A stretch of DNA of 62,000 nucleotides from Chiloscyllium plagiosum. Taxonomy: Eukaryota. A program made the position numbers and the translations under genes. The stretch spans positions 2,333,285 to 2,395,284 of the forward strand of contig NC_057753.1 in the NCBI RefSeq assembly GCF_004010195.1, written 5' to 3'. Shown here piece by piece: positions 51,606-62,000 of the stretch (within the stretch, counting starts at the first letter, position 1; each line of letters starts with the position of its first letter). The notes beneath the pieces were generated by a model. That model worked only from the letters and a program-made list of their open reading frames with translations. It had not been told where the DNA came from and made no database searches.

Positions 51606-52334
51606 ATACTCCTAAGTGTTTCTGATGAAGTGCATTAACAATAGTGAAAGACAATGAAGAAAACGTTTACATGATAGTCAATCACAGAGGCCAGATTTCT
51701 CGGGGAAGGCAATGTCGACTCCTTATTGCTGTGCCACCACCACTGTCTACTAATGGGACATAATATACTTATGAATGTCTGCAAAATGCGATTTGCTGTG
51801 TCTGACAATGGCAAATTTGCTTGCCTGGAAAGTGATACAGTTTTTCCAATTTTGATACTGGCTGCCAGATGTTAGGAATGACAAATATGTAAGGTAAACA
51901 TGTAAGTGAGATCATTCTGAAGTTTCTTTGTCTTTCAGAAGAACGTTTTTAAGTCGCATTCCATGAAAACACAAACATCAGCTGACTCGTAGCCTCATTT
52001 CCTTTCAATATACAATAATAAACCTGAAACACAAAACCATCTAATTATCTCCCTCGAACCTTGCATCAGGTATAAATTTTACCAGTTCAATGCAGGCTGC
52101 CAAAGGTTTCAAATCATCTAATAGAATTACACAAAGAACTAACATTTATGTCCATTTCCAAGTAGTATATGGTGCTTGCAGCTGTCAGAGTTTCAGATCA
52201 ATTATTGCAGTCAATTAATCACTGTGGAAATCATATGTTTGGTACATCGATTCTACAATTTAACTTATACCGGCTTCCAATATGTTCTGTCTGTCACTGA
52301 CTGAACAGTATGCTTTTGTTCTCAGCTGAATCTA

Positions 52335-55300
52335 AATTGACGACCCCAGAGTGTGGCATTTTCACTGTTCCTTGCACAAGGAACTGCATCACATAGACTG
52401 CATCTTCTCTGTTTCCCGACATGGATGAAACGCCACCACAAGAAGCATCGCTGACATTGTTTGTAACACTGCATGGTTCAGACAGAAACAGGAAAACACA
52501 GGCCTGTGCCACAGATACATTATTGAAAAACTAAATAACAATTTTGTATGTGCCTTCACTGAACATATGGGCGGCACGGTGGCACAGTGGTTAGCACTGC
52601 TGCCTCACAGCGCCTGAGACCTGGGTTCAATTCCTGCCTCAGTCGACTGACTGTGTGGAGTTTGCACATTCTCCCCGTGTCTGCGTGGGTTTCTTCCGGG
52701 TGCTCCGGTTTCCTCCCACAGTCCAAAGATGTGCAGGGTCAGGTGAATTGGCCATACTAAATTGCCCGTAGTGTTAGGTAAGGGGTAAATGTAGGGGTAT
52801 GGGTGGGTTTCGCTTCGGCGGGTCGGTGTGGACTTGTTGGGCCGAAGGGCCTGTTTCCACACTGTAATATAATCTAATCTAAAAATCTATAATCAATCTA
52901 ATATTCGTTTTTTTAAAAAATAATATCTCAGAATGAGTCATTCACTGAATGAGGGACGCTGAGAAAATGAAAAAGAAAATGATTAGGAGTGAGAAATATG
53001 GATTGAAAAAATAGTGGAATTGAAAGATGACAAATGCCTCAAAATCTAACGTTCAACACTCTATTCTAATTATTTCACAGATGGAGTGAGGAGCTACGGT
53101 TTCAGATAATGCATTGTTCGCGATCTATCAAAATTCAGGAGATTCTGAAGTGATTCTTGAAGATTAAAAAATAACAAATGCAATCCCATTAGTTTATGCA
53201 GAGCCAAAAATAAAAGGGGAATCTACAGATTTGTAAGTCTTCCATCAACAGTTGGGAAAATACTTGCGTCTGTTGATAAGGGTGCTGCTGTTGTTTTCTG
53301 GGATGCTAATGTCTACCTTGCAGAAGCTCAACGCCTATGATGAGGCAATAAACATTATTGCTAATGAGTATTGGTGATGAAGGGAGTGGATGTTTGTGCA
53401 TGTAATGCCAATCAAGTCAGCTGCATTGTCCTGGAAGGTGTCAAGCTTCTGGAGTGTTCTTGGAGCTATACCACTGGTGAATATTCCAACGTACTCCTGA
53501 CTTTGCCTTCAAGATAGGGAGCATGACTTGTAGAGTCAGGATAAAAGTTATAGCCCATATAGGGCCAGTCCAGTTCACTTTCTGGACAACCATAATATCC
53601 TAGTAAGTTACCAGTGAGGGATTTAGTTATTGCAATGCCAATGAATGTGCAGGAACGATGACTAGATTCTCGTTTTGTTGGGGATAGCCATCGCTTGGTG
53701 CCTGTTTGATATAACTATTGCTTGCCACATTTCAGCTCAAATGTGGATAACAGTAAGCTTGATGTGCATTTGGACGAGGACCACTTCAGTATCTGCGGAA
53801 TTGTGAATTGTGATACATATTCTGGAATTACCTTTGAACGGTCTGAGTATCATTGATGAAACATCTGAAGGTTCTTGGATTGAGCACAGATGTCAGAAAT
53901 GTCCAGGTGCTGAGATCACTGGCCTCTACCAACCAGAACTATGGAGCATCTAACAGATATGCGTGCAGGCAAAGAACAGCTTTTCGTGATACCTACTCAT
54001 TCCAGTTAGGATCTAAGACCTTCAAACAACACTTGGTGAAATTGGCCTTGACGACACCTGAGTTCATGAATTAAAACTGTTTGCCCATCTTTGAGCCAAA
54101 GCTGTAATGAAGTCACGACTTTAGTGGAAAACAGGAGCCCAAATGGACATGACTGAGCAAGGCATTGCTGAGCTGGTAATGCTTGATAGCGCTGTTGATT
54201 AAACCTCCATCACTTGGCTGATGCTCGAGATTAGACAGATTAGATGGTAATATATTGGATTGGATTTGACATATTATTATGTACACGACAGAGTGGGACA
54301 ATTTTGTCCATTGGCAAGGAGATTCAGTGCTGCAGCTGTACTTTATAGGCAAGATGAGAGGTCTATGGAATTCCTAAACAATTTGCAGCACTGCTTCCAG
54401 GACCCATAATATTTGCATATCTAATGACTCCAATCTGTTCTTGATAACACGTGCAGTAAATGGAATTGGTTGAAGATTGGTATCTGTGTTGTTGGGAAAC
54501 ACTGGAGGAGGCTGGAATGGATCATTCTCTTGGCTCTTTTGGATGTAAATTCTGGCAATTTCTTCAGCCTTACCTTTTGCTCTGATGTGCTAAATTGAGC
54601 AGAAGGGTTTTTGTTAGCCTCCTCCGCCGTCTCCAGCAGTGATTTGTTGGATTATCCACCATCATTTTTGAAAATGTGACAGCAGTGCACAACTTCCGTT
54701 TGATCCATTTATTAGGAATCGTTTGACTTTGTCTTTTACTTTGCAATTATGCTGTTTGGCAGACGAATAGACCCATTGGTACGTTTGCCATGTTGGTGCA
54801 TCGTTTTATGTCTTGTGCTGTTTCTGTCTTACCCTTCTCCTTTCTCAATTGAACATCCTCTGCCTTGCTGGCCATGATAGAGTGAGTCAGTCCTTGAGAT
54901 TGAAGATGACACTGGAGTACAATTCTGTTGTTGCTGAGGGTTCACAACACCTTTGTGTTGAGTTGCTAGATCTATTCAAAATCTGTTCCATTTCCCACAG
55001 AAATTGTGCCACATAGTTTTGTGGACGGCATTTCCAATGTAAAAGCGGGACTTGTGTAAAGAAGAGCAGTATGGTAGTCATTCCTACTAATATTGCCGTG
55101 GACTAATGCTTCTGTGGCGAGCAGATTTATGAGGTTAGGCATCAATATTTATTTTGTTAGTCCCATCACCGTTGCCCTCCTCCAGCAGCTGTGCACTTTA
55201 GAGTGATGCATATGATCTGCTTGGGTTGATACTTGTATCACTCTGGACGATTGCACATCGAACGATACAAACTGGATATGAAGAGACAGAATGTGACCAT

Positions 55301-55510
55301 TCTGAAGAGGAAAATCTATAATGAATATTAAAATTCTGAACAGGATAATTTAGTACCTAATCTATCAGTTCAAAATTGATCTAGTTCAAAATAGAAAGTA
55401 ACTGAACTTCATTGGACTACTTTGTGGGAAACTGGACATGCTAACAATGAATATTGAGACAATTTACAAATAAAATACGTACTGAATATAATAAAAAAAT
55501 GGTCTGATGC
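52335..55510 (+). repeat. Direct segmental duplication of ~37005-40880
   Basis: Colinear matches, e.g. tgtggcatttt...caaggaactgc..atagactgcatc (37010/52352) and gatatgatctgcttgg...aaaatctata (40585/55210). Confidence 0.85.
52569..52890 (+). mobile_element. Young full-length HE1-like SINE
   Basis: Near-identical to 10927-11236, with A and B boxes and an (AATCT)n tail. Confidence 0.95.
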
Positions 55511-55972
55511 ACACAGAACTTAACACCAGCTGCCCAAATTAACTTGACACGTTTTATTAAGTTGGCTGTACAGTTGCAGGGGCATTGACCACCGTAATTC
55601 TTCTCTTTTGTGATCATGCAAACAGAATAATGATCAAGAGACAGAACACGGCTTCATTTTCTGAAGAAATTAGATAATCAAAATTGACCTTCTCAGTGAA
55701 AATCAATGTTTTTACCTTACCTCGGCAATTCTTGTGTAATAAAGAATTACACCTGGGATCATCATATAGTCTCTTGATATTTAAGACTATAATCCTGTTG
55801 GATCCTAGTAGATACATAAATAAGTCTATTCTGTCGTGTCTTAAAGAGCAGTGCAACAGTATCTACATTAACTTGTTTGCTAAAGTACATTTAATTGAAC
55901 TAAACAAACAAGACAGCTAGCAATTTACCTGGAGCCCACTAGTTCAAAATGAGCGAGGAAACACTTGCAGAA

Positions 55973-56042
55973 ATGCAAGCAATACTAACAGGTATGTTGT
56001 TTGCCATTTACTTACCCGTCCTTGCAGCCATTGGAATTCCAG
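55973..56042 (+). other. Intact divergent GPR139-like first exon D (MQAILTGMLFAIYLPVLAAIGIP+G); in-frame upstream ATG at 55949
   Basis: Same 70-nt length, agaaATG context and CCAG|GTAAAG donor as the other first exons. Confidence 0.82.
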
Positions 56043-56689
56043 GTAAAGTATTGCAGTTAGTCCATAACATAGTGAGCGACTCATCAGATGAAGCAACTGC
56101 TCCCATTATGCCAGTAATGCTCTTCCAGACATCATTTCTCCCGCATCGTTTTCTCTTTTACTGCTCCAGTATGATCAGTATATAACCAATATCTTTTCCA
56201 AATGTTTCAAAATAAACCTATTATGTATTTCATTTAACTGTATGAGTATTAAAATATGACTTTTTACATTTACTGGCACAACACTGCACAATTAATGTTA
56301 TAATTCTCCCACTGAGAATTCCCATTTTGACAACATGATAGTTTCCCAATATTATTTAAAGTGTAGTCGTATTTTACATTTAATATTCTTCCTTGAAAGT
56401 TAACATTTTGGTACTTAATTTATAACGTTTCATGATATGAGCATAGTTCTATGCTATGACTATTGATATCAATTGCATTTGCCACTATCCCTTCAACAGA
56501 TAATTTTAGAAAAGAATGAGAAGCTACTAGTACCAGAAATGAAGACTTGCAATCAAGAAATTGAGTATCAATATGACTTTGTCACTGCACTCATTTTTCT
56601 ATATTCTGCACGAATTCTGCTTGATATAGCCAGGTTTAGGGTTGTGAATTATTGGCAACCAATTTAGTTTTATTAAGTTGAATCAAGAG

Positions 56690-57562
56690 ATTTCCAGTCA
56701 TACAACAAGGAAACAGACCCTTCCATCCAACCAGTCCAGGTCAACCAAAATTCCAAACTAAACTAGTTCCACCTGCCCGCACATGGTCACACATGGGCCC
56801 ATATCCCTCGAAGCCTTGCTTATTCACACATTTACCTAAATGTCTTTCAGACATTACAACTGCAACTGCGTCCATTACTACCCATGGAATTCATTCCACA
56901 CACGAACCAGTCTCTGTATAAATCAATTGCCTCTGATGTCTTTTTAAATTCTTTCTCCTCTCACCTTAAAACTATGATGATAATTCTTGAAATCCCCCAC
57001 TCGAGGAAAAAGACACTTGACCCTCACCTTATCTGTGCCCTTCACTACTTTCTAAACCTCACGGAGGTCATCTACCAAACTCCTACGGTCCTATGGTAAA
57101 CGTCACAATCTCTCCACCCTATATGTGTAACTCAAATCCTGCATTGCCGGAAAAATCCTGGGAAATCGCATCTGAACCCTCACTGGCTTAATAATATCCT
57201 TCTTATGATGGGAAGACCAGAACTGGACACAGTATTCCAGAAGAGGCCTCACTAACGTTTACAACACTGCCCAAAGTTGCATTTTGACATGAGCAAGTTT
57301 TGTCTTTGTACTTTTTCCAAAATGTCGTACGTCACAAATAACCAAATCAAACTCCATCTGCTACTCTTTAGCCGATTGACCTATCTGATTAAGATCTCTT
57401 TGTAATCTTACATAACCTTTTTCACTTTTTCACTGTACTACCAATCTGTGTGTCATTCAGAAACTTACCAACCATGCTTCCCATATTCCCATTTGATATT
57501 ATTTATATAAATGAGAAACTAAAGTGGACCCAGCATTGATCCCTGTGGAACACCGCTGGTCA
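56690..57562 (-). mobile_element. Old CR1 3' fragment
   Basis: Reverse complement has GVPQGSMLGP-like DNA at ~57540, gaggcctcttctggaatactgtgtccagttctgg (RPLLEYCVQFW) and a 3' UTR. Confidence 0.8.
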
Positions 57563-57836
57563 CACTTTTAATTGATTGTTTAATTGATTCCAACAATGCT
57601 ACGTCAACAAAGCATTTATCGAAAACAATGCATGCAGCTCTATCTCTACAGGCTACCTTATGTATTTTAAGTAATATTATGCGATCCCGTTACTGTCCCT
57701 TTTTCTAGATCACACAATCTAACTGCCCTCGAATCTTTGTGTTAGCTGGTCTATATAAATTGACTCTGAGTACAGTCTATCTTGTTCCACTTCACTCTTA
57801 TTATCTCTATCATTTCTCATGACTGTTACCACCTGA

Positions 57837-58010
57837 CAAACTTTGGTTCTCGTTATGCTTTCCCCTATGAAAAACATTCTGCACATTCGTGTAACATACT
57901 GATTTCTTTTTTTCCGATAATCAGAGGTACTTATTAAACAAGTCACTTGGCTTAATATTCTGCCAAAGGTATATGGGGTACTTACTTTCACTTTGATAGA
58001 TTTATGTAAT
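57837..58010 (+). pseudogene. Heavily decayed GPR139-like exon 2, probable partner of exon D
   Basis: Follows a pyrimidine tract with no AG. Reads N(fs)LVLVMLSPMKNILHIRVTY*, with the same LS-x5-L-x3-VTY spacing as the intact genes, then ACTTTCACTTTGATAGATTT = TF(T)FDRF with a 1-nt loss at 57984-58003. ctcgaatcttt at ~57729 matches the gene A intron end at ~12710. Confidence 0.6.
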
Positions 58011-58669
58011 AATGATAATAGCATTAACATTTCATTTTCCATCTAATATCTAGCGCTGAATAGTTATCTGCAAATTTTCTTTCAGTCAATAAGAATTTTG
58101 AATGTTTCTCTATTTTGCATGCTAAGATCAATCTTTCTTGGGCATGACTTAGTAACTTAAAATTGAGGATGTACTGTTATCACTAAATAACTTCTTACTA
58201 ACCAAATTAAGTGGACATATCATGACTTGAAATCTAATTGAATAGGCAAACTTCAATGGAATATTTTGGAGAACCTCTGGTAACAAATGAAACGCTAACG
58301 CTTGTTCTGATCCTTTGGGTATTCGTCACATTGTGCCTTAATCATGCCTTTGAGACTCTAATGGTCCCTCTCCAAAGTTATATGTGTTTGTCAATGATTC
58401 ATATTGATTTCAAACATTTTATGCACGAAATGCTCGTGATTTCCGGGAACATTGTGTCACTGATCTGAAAATATTTCATCGGCAGTCTATATAAGTAAAA
58501 TCTGTGCTAATGCTACAAATACTGTGCTAACTGTAATAATCTTTGAAGGAATATCTTCTGGCAATTGGGTGATCATGCCCATAATGATATGGTAACATTG
58601 AGGCACTGCATTTGTTTTTGATAATCGCCTGAAACAATTCACTAACACCCGAATGAATTGTAATTCAAA

Positions 58670-58960
58670 AATAGCAATGGGTAGAACCAGAGTAAACTTA
58701 ATTATGTATATGGGTCTTTATAAGAAATTCACAAGATTTTTTAATATAATGTACAATAAAGGCAAGGTCCTCTTACACACGCTACCACTTTCTCTGTGCA
58801 AATTTAAATTCTTGTATCAAATGACAACAAAGCAATCGAACGTGAAAGTATTGCTATCAAGTACGGCATAGATTACATCAGAACAAATGCTACACCAGAC
58901 AAGAAACTGGATAGGAAGAATGATCACGATAATGCAAAGTTTGCACTTAATGAACAGGCG
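58670..58960 (-). pseudogene. Decayed GPR139-like exon 2, paralog of 9190-9600
   Basis: Minus strand gives TFTFDCFVVI*YKNL, IKKSCEF and RPIYIIK (compare TFTFDRFVAISCQKL, IKNAFLY, EPMYIIN). DNA is colinear with 9190-9480. Confidence 0.75.
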
Positions 58961-59940
58961 AATTCCACAGATTCACAACTTTAAACCAGAAATCTGAAAA
59001 CATTGACGAAATGCAACCAGAAACGCCTGCCATATCAATACTTCTTTTGTAAGCCACGAGCTGAAATACAGGAGATTGTGTGTATATGAGAGAGATTTTA
59101 GTCTCGGCTATCCTTTATTGTGAGCGAGTGTTGTTTCGGCAGCATATGCATACAGCTATGCTGAAATCTAGTTATCCGGTTTGGTAGAGGCTTGAATGAT
59201 GCTGGTGACATATGAATTCTCTGAATGAATATGAATTAATCTGAAGCTGTAGATGTAGAATATAACTTTACTGACCAGAAGAAAAATCACTAACTTAACA
59301 CGCACTAAACAGAAAAAAGTAGCAGCAAACGTGAGTACTGGATGTGATCTTGCTTAATGCAACAGTGAGTACTGCAGCTATCCGCGTCATACATAACAAA
59401 ACCCACATTGTTCAGTATACAAATGCTGAACCAGGCACCTTTGTAGACACAATCTAATTCTGCTAAACGTAGGCCTGTCTACAAGATGTAAACGTTCCAT
59501 GTAGTAAAAATAATTTACCGTCTCAGAAAGATTAAGCATTACACCTGACTAATCATTGCACTGGTAGTAAATTTATCAGAAGTGAGATTGCACGGATAGC
59601 AATTTTTCTGAAAAGAATGATATTTTTGAGCATACTGTGTCATGAAAAATGATGTTTTGCGTCGACACTCATCGTCTGCTTTTTGTATATTTGATAAAAC
59701 ACACAATTTGTTTGTTATATAATGTCTTGGTTTTTCACTTTTTTACCATGACAAACCTCATGAAAGCAAATACATTCTAATGCATCTAACTAAATCTAGC
59801 AGGCAGCAAGTGCAGTAATCGTATTGTCGAATTAATTTTAAATGAACAACAATCTAATAAGCTCCCCTGGTACTTGGCATTGGATATAATTACCAGCAAT
59901 CTTCAATGAATTTCAGAATACGCTGAGAACATCAGCAGAA

Positions 59941-60010
59941 ATGCATGGAATACCAAACGGTTTGCTGTTTTCCATTTACTATCCTATTCTTGCAATTATC
60001 GGGATTCCAG
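59941..60010 (+). CDS. GPR139-like gene E, exon 1 (MHGIPNGLLFSIYYPILAIIGIP+G); exon 2 expected beyond the window
   Basis: 70 nt, CCAG|GTTAAG. Downstream intron 60011-61300 is colinear with the gene A intron up to ~12340. Confidence 0.82.
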
Positions 60011-61469
60011 GTTAAGTATTAGATTTACTGAGTAACTATATCAATTATTGCTGAACTGCATCATTCGTACCCTTTCATCAACAGAGCATCTGCTTTTCCC
60101 TCTCATGATGTGTATTATCTTTCTTCATGGTCGATTTTCTTTCCTCTAACTGGTCTAAGCCATCCACCTATATAAAACCTTAACGCCATTAATTCATCAT
60201 TTTGATGAAAACATCTACTGAATGGTGACATAATTTCTCAGTATTAGTAGCATAATTTTCTTCTTGAATATTGTTGCGCAATCACTTTAGCAGTGAACAT
60301 TTCTTGTGTTACCATTATAATTTGATCCACTTTCAGTTATATTATCTTGTGACGATACTACATCATTGTGTTTTTTAATATTTTCAGCGTTTGCTATTAA
60401 CAATTCATCATGTACATAAGATTCGATTTTTTCATTCATTTTGTGTGAATCTTTCTTCTTGGTATTACAGTGCAAATACACCCCTATAATATGATTGCCA
60501 TTGCTGTTGAGGTCATGTAATGTAACGGTATTAAAATGTAAATGTACAGTTGGTGAGACATTGGCAATGTAAATTTTGAACTGTTATCTCAATGTAACTG
60601 GCGTCCATCTATATTACTGGTGACGTTATTGTATGTGGTTCACCTTATTTTTATCACTGTATAAATATTGTTTGTTGCGTGGCTGACACTATTTAAACGG
60701 GCAATTACAAACAGTTCTCAGCGTGTCATGTGTTATAGTCTACATATTGTGTGTAAAATATCACAATATTATTCAATGTAAATGAGGAATTACTGCATTA
60801 TTCACTTTTTGAATTCGTGATGCTACTGAAATACTGAAGTATGCTTCCCTAACTTTGATGTACAGTTTCAGATAAAATGCTGGTAAACTCTTATCATTTA
60901 ACGAAGATATTGTGATTGTCCATAGATGACAGAGCAGGCTGTTTTTTCCTCAATCATTAATACTCACTTTGAATTCCATTCTCCACTTCCACATGATCGA
61001 CCACTGGTGTTACTGCACTGACAACTGTTGACAGTGAGATTTTCTCTTGCTTCCAATTCTGACAATAAGTAATATTTTCTTCTACTTTCAGCACTTTTTC
61101 CAAGTAGAGCGGGAAATCATAACTGCAAGCATCTCTGAAATGAAAGGCACAGCATTCCTATTTCAAGTATAAACTGCAGGATAAATTTAATCATTTATTA
61201 CATGGATTTCTGGCCAGTACCGATGAAGTGATTTCGTGCCAGAATTCAGTAGGAGGGTATTTCTCTGTGTCAGAACTCTTCATCTGCGAGTTCCAATGGT
61301 TTAAGAGAGGGTTCAGTTTGCTCAAGAGGTCTGAATAATATTTAGAAGATGTGTGCGTACCATTCAGAGAATTAAAAGCAACAGAACTGCCGGACAGAGC
61401 AGCCCATGTTCTCGAGAAGGTATCAATGTAACACTCTGTCAAACATTTCGATTAGCTTGTTGCCTGGAG

Positions 61470-62000
61470 ACTAAAATAGTATTTTCCATCATTATTTGCT
61501 GTGGAAAAGGACATGAAAGATATAGAATGTAGGGAAATACATGGTCACGTGTTGAAAATGTCCATATTACAGAGGAGGAAGTGCTGGACGTCTTGAAACT
61601 CATAAAGGTGGAAAATTCCCCAGCACCTGATCAGGTGTACTCTAGAACTCTTTGGGAAGCTGGCGAAGTGATTGCTGGGTCTCTTGCTGAGATACTTGTA
61701 TCATCCATGCAGTGAGATGCCGGTAGTCTGGAGGTTGGCTAACGTGGTGCCACTGCTCAAAAAGGGTGATAAGGACAAGCCAGGGAACTATAGACCAGTG
61801 AGCCTGACCTCAGTGGTGGGCAAGTTGTTGGAGGGAATCCTGAGGGAGGATGGACATGTATTTAGAAAGGCAAGGACTGATTAGGGATAGTTAACATGGC
61901 TTTGTGCATGGGAAATCATGTCTCACAAATTTGATTGAGTTTTTTGAAAAATAACGAAGAGGATTGATGAGGGCAGAGCGCTAGATAAGATCTATATGGA
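61470..62000 (+). mobile_element. CR1 LINE ORF2 fragment, running off the window
   Basis: WRLANVVPLLKKGDKDKPGNYRPVSLTSVVGKLLE. Confidence 0.92.

Overview
Vertebrate genomic DNA with a repeat landscape typical of a cartilaginous fish (HE1-type tRNA SINEs, many CR1 LINEs, Penelope-like foldback elements). It contains three N-gaps, each inside a young repeat. The core is a birth-and-death cluster of two-exon GPR139-like class A GPCR genes. Two genes are intact and face each other tail-to-tail as an inverted duplication: 10578-13682 (+, 322 aa) and 27609-33454 (-, 326 aa). Three more intact 70-nt, phase-1 first exons lie in tandem on the + strand at 41927, 55973 and 59941. The first has no exon 2, the second has only a decayed exon 2, and the third's exon 2 is probably just beyond the window. 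Two antisense exon-2 relics lie at about 9.2-9.6 kb and 58.7-59.0 kb. Other content: a Gmr1-like Gypsy element with integrase before RT, remnants of a retrovirus-like element with two RNase H domains, C2H2 zinc-finger pseudogene pieces, and Penelope-derived inserts carrying minimal hammerhead ribozyme motifs. All alignments were done by eye, so repeat boundaries are approximate.
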